Of a stretch of DNA of 64,000 nucleotides, positions 11,996 through 24,110 are shown piece after piece. Position numbers and translations under genes: made by a program. Origin of the DNA: Lama guanicoe (Eukaryota); assembly GCA_013239625.1 (NCBI GenBank), contig MU054338.1, forward strand, positions 6,302,724 through 6,366,723, read 5' to 3'. The notes under the pieces are model-generated. The model had not been told where the DNA came from and did not search any database. It was given only the letters and a program-made list of their open reading frames with translations. Each line of letters starts with the position of its first letter. Position 1 is the stretch's first letter.

Positions 11996-14078
11996 TCATT
12001 ATGGGCTGTTCAACTGGGGACCTGAGGATGCCCTGGGCTGGACTCCACCACAAGGACCACTGCCAACATCGGACACCTCCTGTGGTCCTTGCTTTACTTG
12101 AACTCATCCACCACCACCCCTTGCCCTTGCCCACCTGTCCCAGTCACTCTGGCTTCTCTGGACATCTCAGAGGCCAGCTTCTACCACAGGGCTTTTGCAT
12201 CTGGAATGCTCCACGCCTCCTCATGCCCACATGGTTCCCTCCTTGCCTCCTTTGTGCAGAGGGACCCTCCGGGCAAGGCCTGCCCTGACCCATCCCAAAC
12301 GCTCCCTTGACTTTTCCCCTTGGCGCTTCCCCTTATATATACACACCACTAATGACACACCACTAATCTTGCTTATTGATCTAGGACACCATCTGTCACC
12401 CAGACCGACGTGTCAGATCCTAGCCGGCAGGGGCTCCTGTCTATTTGGTTTACTGCTGACACACATTGGATACTCAAAACTGGCTGGGTCTGACTCTCCC
12501 CAGAATGCACCCACTGAGTGAATGAAACCGTTAACTGGACTACATCTTCACAGTGAGCCTGTGAGTGATGCACCAGTATGACTCCAGTTTAGAGGGGGAG
12601 ACTGAGGCACAAAGGGGCAGGCAGTGAGTAGGGGCAAAGCTGGAAAGTGAGGCCCCCTCGAGCCGATACCTGAGTCCCAAAGCCAGGGTGGCCCTGTTTA
12701 GAAAGTGCTAACTGAGGGCCAGCATGGCAGTCCTGATGGCGGTGGGGGAAAAGCAGCTCAGAGAGGGCCCATCTCTCAGCCAAAGGCACGGGCCTGGTGA
12801 GTCTCAGAGCTGAGAGTCGAACCCCAGAGCCCAGCACTCACCCACCACTGTAGACTAAGCACATACAATGGACCCCAACAAGTGCACCGTCATTAGTGTT
12901 GTGGTGGGGGTAGGGGGGTGTGCAGTGCATTAACTAGGTTTTCAACATCAGGAAACCAAAGCCCAGCGTCAGGGTCCCCCAACTCCCACGCAACCCACAG
13001 TAGCTCAAAGAGCCCTCTCGCACATCCCTGTCAGGGAAGCATGGTGCTCAGAGAGGGAGGCTGGCAGCCCAGGGCCACACAGCAGGGACTTCCAAAGCCC
13101 GGTCTGTGTGCTGTAAAGCCAGGTTCTCCCCACTGCCCTCCTGGCCTCTTACCTCCTGGGTGTCTTTGGAGGAGGGAGACCTGCCTCCTCACATAGCAGC
13201 TTGCTTCCTTCCCCCGTCTTACCCTGTCCTTTGGAAGGCCCCAGAACAAAGTCTGACCTGGCTGTTGCTTCCAAATTCCAGAGCAATCACAGTGGTGGAA
13301 GGGAAGGGGGCCAGGGGCTCCCAGCCAGTGGAGCCCCGCTGAGACTTTCAGAATGACGGAAGGGGAGGCAGGAGTGAGTGACAGGCTTGGTGCTGGGGCT
13401 CAGTCCTGAGTCATCAGGAGCCTGTATGGGCCCAGCCCCTCCCCAGCCGTGTGACCTTCGGCAAATCACTTCCTCTCTCTGCCTCAGTTTCCTTGGCTGT
13501 CAGAGGTGAGCAGGAGTCTCACCCTCCTGGGGCGAGGTGAGGACAGGCACAACGTGTGAACGTTCTGAGCACGCGCCCATCCCAGAGCTGGTGCTCACGA
13601 GGCACCAGGGGGTTTCTTTTGTCTGTCTGTCACCTGTGGGGCTCCAGGGTTGGTCCACCAGGCTCCAGGCAAGGAAGAAGCAAGGCAGAGAGCTCCTCCA
13701 GGCCAGGACGCAGTGAGAAGGAAGAGGAGGAGCCCAGTGGCCACAGAATTGGGAACCCCCATTCATGCTGCAGACATCGGAGCCCAAGTGGGCCAGGTAA
13801 CGCAGGGCCCAGGGCCCTCCAAGCTCTCAGTGAAGAGTCTGGGGGGCTTTAGAAGGGGCCAGGGCAGGAGATGCCGGCTGGGAAGTCTGTGGAAGAGCCA
13901 GTGCTGCCCCCACCCTATCAAGTCATGAGGCAGGAAGCTTCTAGTCGGCTGGCCAGGCCAAGGAACTGAGTCACAGTCCATTCCGGCCCCGAGTGAGACG
14001 CCACATCTGGAACTGTTTATAGTGTGATTCCGCCCAGAGCGCAGCGGCGGTCTTCCTGATGCTGCCGGCATGCACACT

Positions 14079-14102
14079 CACACACACACACACACACACA
14101 CA
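14079..14102. repeat. (CA)n microsatellite
   Basis: Direct reading. Confidence 0.9.
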
Positions 14103-14185
14103 GACGCATGCATGTACCCCGCCCCCGCTCCGACCCCCAAAGAGACCTTCTCCTGCGCACAGAGGCCACGGACCCAAGGACCCAA

Positions 14186-14369
14186 NNNNNNNNNNNNNNN
14201 NNNNNNNNNNNNNNNNNNNNNNNNNNNNNNNNNNNNNNNNNNNNNNNNNNNNNNNNNNNNNNNNNNNNNNNNNNNNNNNNNNNNNNNNNNNNNNNNNNNN
14301 NNNNNNNNNNNNNNNNNNNNNNNNNNNNNNNNNNNNNNNNNNNNNNNNNNNNNNNNNNNNNNNNNNNNN
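14186..14369. other. Assembly gap (184 N)
   Basis: Run of N inside a GC-rich stretch upstream of miR-199a-1. Confidence 1.
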
Positions 14370-14580
14370 CACCCGCTTCCCCCACCCCCACCGCCTCCTT
14401 AGGATTTCCTGAAAACCCACAACTTTCTCCAGATGCGAGCTGGCCCCAGCCCTGCCACGTCAGAAGAGACGGAGCAGATCGGCGCGGGCGGCGCAGGGGC
14501 TTCCTCGCCTGCTCGGAGGGGCTGAGGTGCGGTGGCCCTGCTGCTGCCCAAGGGGGCCCGCGGGATGGACAGCCGGCCCC

Positions 14581-14651
14581 GCCAACCCAGTGTTCAGACT
14601 ACCTGTTCAGGGGGCTCTGAAGGTGTACAGTAGTCTGCACATTGGTTAGGC
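14581..14651 (+). ncRNA. MIR199A1: pre-miR-199a-1 hairpin, antisense to the DNM2 intron between exons 15 and 16; 5p arm 14586-14608, 3p arm 14627-14648
   Basis: Exact mature sequences CCCAGTGTTCAGACTACCTGTTC and ACAGTAGTCTGCACATTGGTTA in a fold-back; known antisense location in DNM2. Confidence 0.98.
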
Positions 14652-17367
14652 TGGGCTCGGGCAAGCAGCGCGTCGGGACGGGCCCCCCAAACTTGCTGCC
14701 ACCTCCAGCCCCAGTGAGGCAGACCCGGAGGTGAGTGTCATTGCCCACCACCCTGTTTCCCACGGGGTAGAGACTTGGACAGAAGATTCTGGAATAAAGA
14801 AGAAGGGCCTGGGTGGGAAAAGAGGTGCCAGGGAAAGGCAAGGGAGCCCCGACACTGGCGTAGGGGTTGGGAGTCCTGGCCAAATCGCTCCCCTGCGCCT
14901 ACCCTCCTGTAACCACCTCTTCTTGCTGATCTGTTAAATAAAGAAATGCTGCTGTCTTGCCTCTCTCTGAGGCGTCTCTAAGAAGGCGGCCTGACCCCAG
15001 GGGTGGCCACCCACTGTGTGATTCTGAGGGTCCTTGCTAGGATCCTAACTTGGGGGGTGGGGAGGAGGATGGACACACAGACAGGATTTCGCTCCTGCCC
15101 CTCCTGATCTCAGGCTGCTTTGTGTCTGGGGCACGCGCACACAGGGCCCCATTCACGGGTCTGCTGGTTCTCATTACCGCCGGCGGGTGTCCGACCCTCC
15201 TCCCAACACTTCCCCTGCCTCTGGGCTGGGCCCCAAGGGAGGGTCTGGGGTTCCTGCTTTCAACGCCTAGATGGAAGGAGAAACGAAAGGCCCCTTCTTG
15301 AGCTAAAAATGGGGCTCGCCATGGTGCCATGCAGCACACCACCAGGCTGGGCTTTGGGCCCAGAAGCCCCTCTCTAAGTGCCCAAGGCTGTCGTGGGGCC
15401 TGGCGTTCCCACCCCGGGCACCCCAAAGGCGCAAACCAGCTTTCAGCTTGTCTGACAGCTGACGCGCTGCAGAGCAGACTGGGTTTCAGACTGCGGGGGC
15501 GGAAAGAGAGGGAGAGAATGTGACAGCGTCATCCTCACCGCCCCCGTTCACCACGGCCATTTTGAGGAGCAGATCTGGCCACGCAGGTTCCTTGAGGAAC
15601 GCCTGACCCTGCCCTCCCCCTCTGTGTCTCAGCCCGGGACGGCTCTGGGGTCCTGGAAACCGTATCCCCTCCCAGTTTAGAAGCAGCCACCCAGAACAGG
15701 TCCCCTGGGAGACATGGGGCTCCCAAGACATTCCAGGAATGGGTCTTTGGCCTCGTGGAGTGGGGTGATGATATTTCACCCAGAAACACCCTCCCCTCAG
15801 TGGAACTCCTCTGGCCTTGGTGGTGGGGAAAGGTCAGGTGTGGGGCTGAAGTGCCTCAGGTCAGAGAGCATATGCCCTGCATCAACCATGAGGGGACCCT
15901 TCCCCACTCTGTGGGGGCAAGTCCCTGCTCAGAGCCTGTTTCCTCACCTAATGGAGTGTGAGGATTCACTGAGGAGGAGGAGAACGCCCTCCACATGTGG
16001 CCATGGTGGCCTCTCCTCACCAGTGAGCTTGGCACGGGGCAGGGGCTTCTTAAACAGGAAGGCTACGCAGAGGTCCCGACAGAGCTCTCCCTGCCTTCTC
16101 TCTGAGCCTGGAGGGAAACACACACAGCCGGGCACAGGCCTGCTGGTCCGGGGACAAGGTCAGCTGCCAGTGAGGCCCCAGGTGTGGGGGTCATCCCAAG
16201 CCCCTCAAGATGGGACAGCCAGGTGGGGCAGCTCCAGGGGTGACGAAAGAAGCCAGACCTCTCCTCCAAGGGCGTGTGGGCCACGGTGGGGGCTGTGCCG
16301 GCCCAGGTGAGTGAAACATACAGTGGCTGTGTGACCAGACTTGGGGGCACGTGAGCAGAGCGATGTGTGTGCCTTCCTTGTCAGATGCCTCTTTCCCTTC
16401 ACTGGGCCACGAGGTGATGGGCATAGGGGCAGCCCTCCTGGACCACAAGGAGCAGCTACGTGTGAAGGCGGCAACGGGAGGTGGAGCCTGGGCCCTGGAC
16501 AGCCTCACACTCATGGGGATGCAGGCGAAACAGACTGTCTTTGTAAGTGCCTTCATCTGGGGGCCTCTGTCCCAAAGCCAAATCGACAGCCACCTAATAA
16601 ATACCACCTTGATGACAGGAAGAGCCTGTGGGCCTCTCACTGGGCAATCCAGGAAAGTGAGAGAAACACGGGGCCCGTCACTGGTGACCCACAGAAGCCT
16701 GGGGCAGAGTGGCAGCGGGCAGTCACACCAAAGGAGTGGCTTCACTCCCAGGCCGCTGAGTCATGGTAACGTTCTGATAAGAGAACTAAGTGATGAAACG
16801 GGACACTCAGGATGGGCTAAGGTGGAGGAGGGACCTGGACCGCAGTGCCCGGGGGTGGGGTGCTCATAACCCCACCCACAGGCTCCTGGAGAGCCCCGCC
16901 CAAGGCGGCGGGCAACCCCGCTCCCTGTACTCACTAACCCTGGTGCTGTTCCCAGAGGCCTCCCTATCCTTGACGGGGACAAGCACATGTAGAACATTCT
17001 AAACACAGGCACTGTGATTAAGCACCTCATGGCTGCAAGGGCCATTCTACCTCACTTCGCAGATGGGAAACTGAGGCCCACAGAGGCTAAGGGCCTGGCT
17101 GAGCCTGTGTAAGTTGTAGACAACGGTACCTCAGTGGCCTGGCTGTGAGCCTGAGTCCCTGACCCCAGGCTGTGACTTGGGAGGGTGGGATCAGTTTCAA
17201 GCCTGCTGGTGGCTCCCCTTCCCCCACACCCCTTTTCTCCTCAGGGAGCCCAGCCCCAACGAGGGGCTGGGACACAACGCATGGCACCTTCACACACCCC
17301 CCAGCCCTGGCTGGTACCATCCTAAGGGTGAGCTCTGGGGAACAGTGGTGCTCGGGGAGCCTTTTCA

Positions 17368-17838
<471 letters not shown>

Positions 17839-20560
17839 TTAGCACAGGTGGCAAAAGGTAGGCCTAGCTAGAAGGGGCCCAGAGGAGGGGTTCTCAGGCT
17901 TGTGGGGGAATGGGCCATGTCACGTGGGATGTGACACTGAAGGAATACACTTGTCTTGGAGAGATTCGGGTACCAAGGACACCCTGGGGCTCTGCCCCTC
18001 ATGCCTTCTCTGGAAGGCAGCTGTTGATGGAGGCTTGGAGGAGCTGCCCAGGCAACGGAGTAGTTCCTCCTCTCCTTTCAGGGGCCAGTCGGAATAGGCT
18101 TGACATGCAGCCTCAACTATGCTGCCCAGCTCACTGAGGCAGGTGCTGGGTGGGCACAGGGACCCACTCTGACTGGGAATCCAGGCCAGCCCCCGCCCCA
18201 GGGCTCCCCTCCCCATAGACTTTTTTCAGAATATAAAGATAAAGGGAAACTCCGCCCAGAGAGCTGGGCACAGAGGTTTAAGCCTGGGGGACTTGCCAAG
18301 GGTCTTGCCCCACGCTGGCTTCAAGCCAGGTGTCGACACATCTGGGTTCTGAGCTGGGAGACCCACTGGATGGGGCTCATCTGGCAGTGGCTGTCATCTG
18401 AACAGGAGGCAGAACCCAGGCCTGCATGGGGCACTCACCTGACAGCTAAATGAAGTCACCCTGGCGGGGGGGGCACACTCCCAAATTCCCTCAGCCATGG
18501 AGACACTTGTGGGCCGGAGTCCCCCACCACTCTGGACTGGGGACCCTGGGGCAGCGGGAAGCAAGCGGAGGCACAGGCTCGGACGCTTGGTGCCAAGGCA
18601 GCAACAAACTGGGCCAAGCTGCAGAAAGTGGGCTGCGAGGGGCCGTGGATGGCTGGGAAGGGCTAGCACTGCAGCCCCCTGGGCGAGGTGGGGCAGGGTA
18701 CCCAAGATGGAGCTTTGGGGCTGCCTCTGGGGTCTCAGGAGGGACGCTTCATCCTGTCTACCCTGACCCGCCCCAGACCAGCAAATCTTCACAGGGCCAC
18801 CACACTCTTGTGGATAGAAGTAAGCTCTGAGCCTGAGAGACCATGAAGGTAGAGGCAGCCACAGGGTGCCCAGGGACTCCTGTGCGACATAGAAATCCCT
18901 ACCCAGGCTGGGGACACCATGAGATGCCACCTGGCAGCCCTGGCTAAGGCCAAGGGTATAGACTTCTCCCTCCCTGGGACAACGACAGCATTTAGGACTC
19001 TCACAGCGTCAGGGAGCAGGCAGAGACTGTCAGCCCCAGCAAGGTCATGGTCTCCTTCCTGGGAGCAGGGCGACTGACTCACCCTGGTTTGCCCAGGATG
19101 TTGTGGTTTAGCACTGAAGGCCCTGGGAAGGAGCCCCCCTGCATCTGGCAACCGCCCCCAGCGCCAGAGCTTTGCGGGTGTGGGTCCATGCCTGCTTCCT
19201 CGCTCCCCCGGGAGTAGGGCAGAGTCTGCCTAGTCTTAGTCCAGGCCCAGAGTGAGTGCTTCTAAACTTCAGTCATTGATCGATAGCTATGGGGCGGGGG
19301 AGGCCATGCGTGCTCTGCAGAGGAGAAATTCTCACATGGCAAGGCCTCCACGCTCCCAGGCCCAGCCTAGCTCTCAAGGGGGCAGACGTCTCCCTCCCTC
19401 ACCTCGGTGGCCTGGCTTGCCTGCCTCCACCCTTGGTTAGTTGAGGTCAGAGCTGGCAGACGGGGGGTTCTGGGGGCTCTCATCGTGCTCCAGGGCATGG
19501 GGCACAGGGTAGGGGAAGGGCCCTTCTGAGTCTCAGGGCAAGATGCTGCCAGTCAGGCCTTGAGAAGCCCAGAGGTCCTTTTGCCCTTGAGCCACTCAGA
19601 GAGCTGCCTGCATGGGAGCCCAAGGGGATGCAGAGACAAAAATCCCACCCTGGGGAGGAGCAAACTGCAGGCGACAGACACAGGCGCTGAGTCTAAAGGA
19701 AAAGGAGCGATTGGGCCTCCTTGTCTGAAAGCCAGACTTGTGCCCAAGGGGCTGGGCTTAGGAAAGGGGAGGCAGTGGGGGAGGGGTGGGAGAAGGGTAA
19801 GTGAGGGAGAGGGGGAGATGGAAGAGGCAGGCGGAGCTCCCAGGCTCCAGGCACATGGTGCGGGGGGGCAGGAGAAAGGGCGGCCCAGAAGCAGCAAGGG
19901 CAGCAGGCAAGAAGCAACACAGCTGGGCCCGCCTCCTCCCTGGGTGAGGGTCCCGCCTGAGTCTCTTGGGCAGGGACGGAAACCACGGCTGGGAGACCCA
20001 AGAGCCACAACCACGTACAAGGCAGGGCTGGGTTTTGCGGCTGGGGGTGCGGAATCTGGCTGGAAAAGAAATGACTAAGCCTCTCAGGGTCTGGGGTGTG
20101 GAGAGAAGCACGTCCCTGGGCTGTCTGGAGGGTGGAAACCATCCGGTTCAAAGGGGATTAGGGACGACACATGGGGAAAGTGAGTAACATGGGCCCAAGG
20201 ACAATCTATTCCTTCCGCCCCTGCCTCCCCTCATGCCAAGCTTTGGCCCTTTTCTATCTTCCAGGTCCTGGTATAGGATCAGCTCGGCTATTGGAAAGAT
20301 CCTGGGGTCACAGAATATCCCTGCCAGATGGCAGCAGTAGGGCCTACCCAGTGCCTCAGTGGCTGGAGGTGGGAGAGCATCCAGGATAACGAGGCCTCTG
20401 TCAGGGTAGGTGGCCCAGGCTGTGATCTCCAAAGTGGAGTGCTGGGGCTGAACCCAAAGGTGAGCACCTTGAAAAGAGCTCAACTCTCGGACATGAGCAG
20501 TGCCTGCTCCCTGCTAGGCTGGCTGGGCTGGGCTACACACAGAGGAGGTGTTACCTACAG

Positions 20561-21032
20561 CAGGGATGGCAAATACCATTCACCGACACCAGTGGGTAGG
20601 AACTGCCTGAAGCACTGTGGTGAGAAAGTGGGCACTGTAGGAAAGGATGCTAGGATCAATGAGTGATGTCTGCCAGAGGCAAAGGGACAGGGGCAAGTGG
20701 AACAGAACAGCCTAATCCATCTCCACCTGTGCTATGGAGGCAAGAGGACAGTGGCAGCAACAAGGAGAGAGTTCCCTGATCAATTAGTCACGTCTGTCAT
20801 AGGTACAGAAGGGGTGTCACTTGCAAAGCTATTAAGTGGGAAAAAAATGCTAAGATTGATTAGTGATGTCTGCCACGGACACAGGAGGTTCTCCATAGTG
20901 GCATCTGCACTGGACACACAGTGGTCGCAGTGGCAAGAACATGTTCTAGAAGAGCTTGAGCAAAATCTTCCCACTGCCAGGAATGTGAAAGGAGAAAAGC
21001 CTGGGGTGTTAGCTGAGTATTTGCCATCCCTG
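20561..21032. mobile_element. Non-autonomous hAT (Charlie-type, possibly MER113-like) DNA transposon, 472 bp
   Basis: Perfect 16-bp TIRs CAGGGATGGCAAATAC / GTATTTGCCATCCCTG; 8-bp flanks acctacag / atctatag match 6 of 8. Confidence 0.8.
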
Positions 21033-21272
21033 ATCTATAGGAAACTAGGTAAATGTGTCAGGAGCAGGCGGTCAGGTTAGTGTCCGTGTGATTTAGCTTA
21101 CGCCCAGGGCTACATGAAGTCCAGCATGTATCAGCCACAGCAGGGGGTTTCTGAGTTAGCTTGATTTTTAGTTGTTCTGTTATTGGGGGGGGCAGGGAAT
21201 ATTATGGGATGGCAGGGTCTCCACCACTACCAGGTTCTCTAATGTTTGCTTCCACACTAAGTGAGTACTTAC

Positions 21273-21284
21273 CAAGATCTCCCC
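21273..21284 (-). CDS. DNM2: DNM2 alternative 12-nt microexon (exon 14 / 13bis) encoding GEIL
   Basis: ttttcaaag|GGGGAGATCTTG|gtaagt; phase 0-0; known a/b isoform insert. Confidence 0.95.
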
Positions 21285-22199
21285 CTTTGAAAATGCAAAG
21301 TTAGGGTTGTGGGTAAATCAAAGAAGAGCAGGCGAAGGAAAAGAGACGTAAGGGACACGAGGGAATGGAGAAAAAGCAGGAAAAGCACAAAAATGAGAAG
21401 AGAGAAGAGCAGGGAGAAAAAACAGCAAAAGAAAAAAAATTACATGCTATTAATTATACTCATGGTGTTAATATTTAATTCATTATCATCTCCCGAAACA
21501 AAAAAGCAACAACATATGTATTACCCATGGCAAGCGCAAAAAATCATGCAGTGGTTACATTGCTTTTTTCCAGAGGGCTCTGCGATCGTGCAAGATAAAT
21601 AGCAGAGCCCCCACCCCAACCCCGCCCGATGTGGAGAAGACAGGGGACACCAGCAGAAATTTTTGCAAAGGTAATTTGTTTTCTTAAGAAGGAAAAAAAA
21701 AAGGCATCTAATACTGGCATACATAAAGCTGCTCGTATTTCACAAGGTCTCTGGCTAGGGCATGACATCAAGGTAGAAAACCCTGTATATTGCTCTGGCC
21801 TTCGGGTACAGGAATCAAAGCACCCCCAGACTCCCAGAACCGCTTGTCACGACCAGCCTCCTGCCTGACCCCTTCGCACCAGCTCCGAGTCTCTGGGGCC
21901 GGGAACCAAATGTGGCTGCACACACCACAGGGATTGGTCTGGCCTTGTCCTTAGTGTCAAGTTCTAGCCGCGGCCTTGGATGTCAGACAAGGCCTTCTGC
22001 GTGTGAGCAATTTGCCCCCTGCACCCTGCTGGGGCTTCCACTCAAAGAACGGTTTCCCAAAATTGCAAAAACTAAGTGGAACTGAGAGGCTAGAGGGGAG
22101 GGGGATGCTATGAGCCAGGCACTATCACTGGACTCAGTGGTCCCCTAGCGCCCTCCCGTCCCCCAGGGTGGAGCTGCGGGCCGCGCAGGGGTGAGCTAC

Positions 22200-22251
22200 C
22201 TGGTTGGGGATGGCTCTCTTCTTGTTCAGCTGCGTGTTCCTCTGCTGGGCG
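22200..22251 (-). CDS. DNM2: DNM2 exon 13
   Basis: tttcag|CGCCCAG...AACCAG|gtagct; AQQRNTQLNKKRAIPNQ; 52 nt. Confidence 0.96.
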
Positions 22252-23124
22252 CTGAAACCAAAGCACAGAGAGGGCTCATGCGGCAGGACGCCCGGGGGGA
22301 CGAGGAGCAAGAGGCCCTCGTGGCTCAGGTGGGGTTCTCTCTCCAATGAGGGTGCCAAGCCCGTCTGCACACAAAGGGCTGCCCCAGGGAAAGAGTGCGG
22401 GCCATGGGACAAGAAATCATATCGAGTTAAACCGTGGCTTCGAGGCCCTGATCTCAGCCATCCCTGATAGCTAGAGCTAATTCCAAGAATCCCTGGGTCT
22501 CGGAGCCTCCAAGAGGGCCTATGGGAAGCTGGAGTCCCAGGTGCTACCTCCATGCTGGCTTCGGAAAAACCTTCAGTGCTTGGGGGTCTAACGTGAGGCT
22601 TCTGCCTGCTTTTTCCTCCTACCCCTGACCCAGCACCAGGTCCCGAGTGGTCTGACCACAGGGCTGTCCGGCCTGGGAGGTCAGACTATGGGACAGCTGC
22701 TCGCCATGAAACTGCCACTCCTCTTCTCTTGGATGGCTCCTGACCCAGTGCAGAGGACAGTCAAGGTCAAGGTGTTTCTACAAGGTCCCTTATCTACCTA
22801 CAGTCTGAGATCTCTTTTCTTCTTCATCTACGCTGTCTCCTGACTAGCGTGTGCCGAAGTCCCCTGTATCACGTACACAGACACCTGCTCAACTCCCTCC
22901 CTCGACTGTCCTAGTACATCTTCTACTTGGACTATCGTAACATCACCTGCGAACAACTGATCTCTCCTGTTACTCAGGGGTCATGTTTTCTTTTCTTATC
23001 GTACTGTTTTAGCTGGAAATTTGGATCAACATGAAAAGGCAAACCACCTTGTTTCATTCATTCGTTTACTGACTGCCTCTGCGGTTTTACCTCAAGGTTC
23101 AAGTCGGCTGCTGGATCGGGCAGA

Positions 23125-23170
23125 GTGTGTGTGCGTGTGTGTGTGCACGTGTGTGTGTGTGTGCACGTAT
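23125..23170. repeat. Interrupted (TG)n microsatellite
   Basis: gtgtgtgtgcgtgtgtgtgtgcacgtgtgtgtgtgtgtgcacgtat. Confidence 0.85.
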
Positions 23171-24080
23171 TTGTGTTAAGGAAATAGGCTTCTGTTCATA
23201 GATCAGTAAAGGGTGGAACCTTAAGAATGGAAACATAGTTTTATCCAGTGAGTTTCCTAAGAGTCACCACATTCACTATAAGGGCTTTTTCTCCAGGCCC
23301 TGTTCTTAGTGTTTAGAGGGCAGTGAGAAAGCACCCGAGAACCTCTAAGCATAGGAAGGAGTTTCATCAACAGTGTCTGAAGGAGACAGAGCTACGCCGC
23401 TCACAGTGATGCTGAGGGCTGGTGAGTACCCAGATGCCCTACTCCCTGGGTTTTACCCACGCCAGGCAGCCCACACGGCTGCCCCTGTCCCGTGCCTGCA
23501 TCCAGAGATGGCCCACTGCTCCTGCGCGTGTGCGTGGATGTGTGAGGGGCAAAGTCCAAAGTCTTCCCCCTGGCCTGCAGGTCCTCCTGGCAATGAGGCC
23601 TTGACCTCTCACCTCCACCTTGCCTTGGTTTCCCCACACTCCTGCTTCTCAGCCTTCCTTCTCTACCTCTGATGTTCTCTGCCCAAATCTGTCCCTGCCA
23701 CATGGCTGTCATGACTTCCTTGGGAAGGTGTCTACAAGCCTCACCCCTCACTCCCCTTTCCCACAGCCTCTCCACCTACCCTCCTTTCCAATTCTCATTT
23801 TCCTTAGGACAACTGGCTCAACGACCATGTGTTCTGAGCCTGCGGGCTCTGAAAGCACAAGGCCCAAGTCTGGGGCTTGTTCTCTGTCCTAGTCCAAAGG
23901 CCTGGCACTAGGCATGGCATTGAGACAGTGTCATGGCTCTTCAGTGGGCCCCTGCAATGTCCCACCCACAGCCGGGGCCTAGGCCCAGGCCGGGTGGAGC
24001 CAGGCACCCTGGGCCCCGCCCCCAGCCTGGCATCCCCCGTTCACACACCAGGGAAAAGGCACACAGCAGGCAATACCCAC

Positions 24081-24110
24081 CCGGTCACCAGCTGCTCAGT
24101 ATAGTAACAG
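24081..24110 (-). CDS. DNM2: DNM2 alternative 30-nt exon, probably the muscle-enriched exon 12b (adds CYYTEQLVTG)
   Basis: cttcccccag|CTGTTACTATACTGAGCAGCTGGTGACCGG|gtgggt; phase 2-2, in frame between exons 12 and 13; size and position match the described 10-aa exon 12b. Confidence 0.85.

Noticed and set aside
15071..15090. 10-nt matches to miR-214-3p (cacagacagg here; acagcaggca at 24063-24072) suggesting a relic miR-214 paralogue
   Set aside because: Short matches expected by chance; no complementary 5p arm or hairpin seen
20647..20875. Spaced 22-29-nt repeats resembling a CRISPR-like array
   Set aside because: Only three imperfect, unevenly spaced copies inside a TIR-bounded transposon in a mammalian intron
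21309..21602. Lys/Arg-rich 97-aa ORF on the + strand
   Set aside because: It is the antisense reading of the microexon polypyrimidine tract
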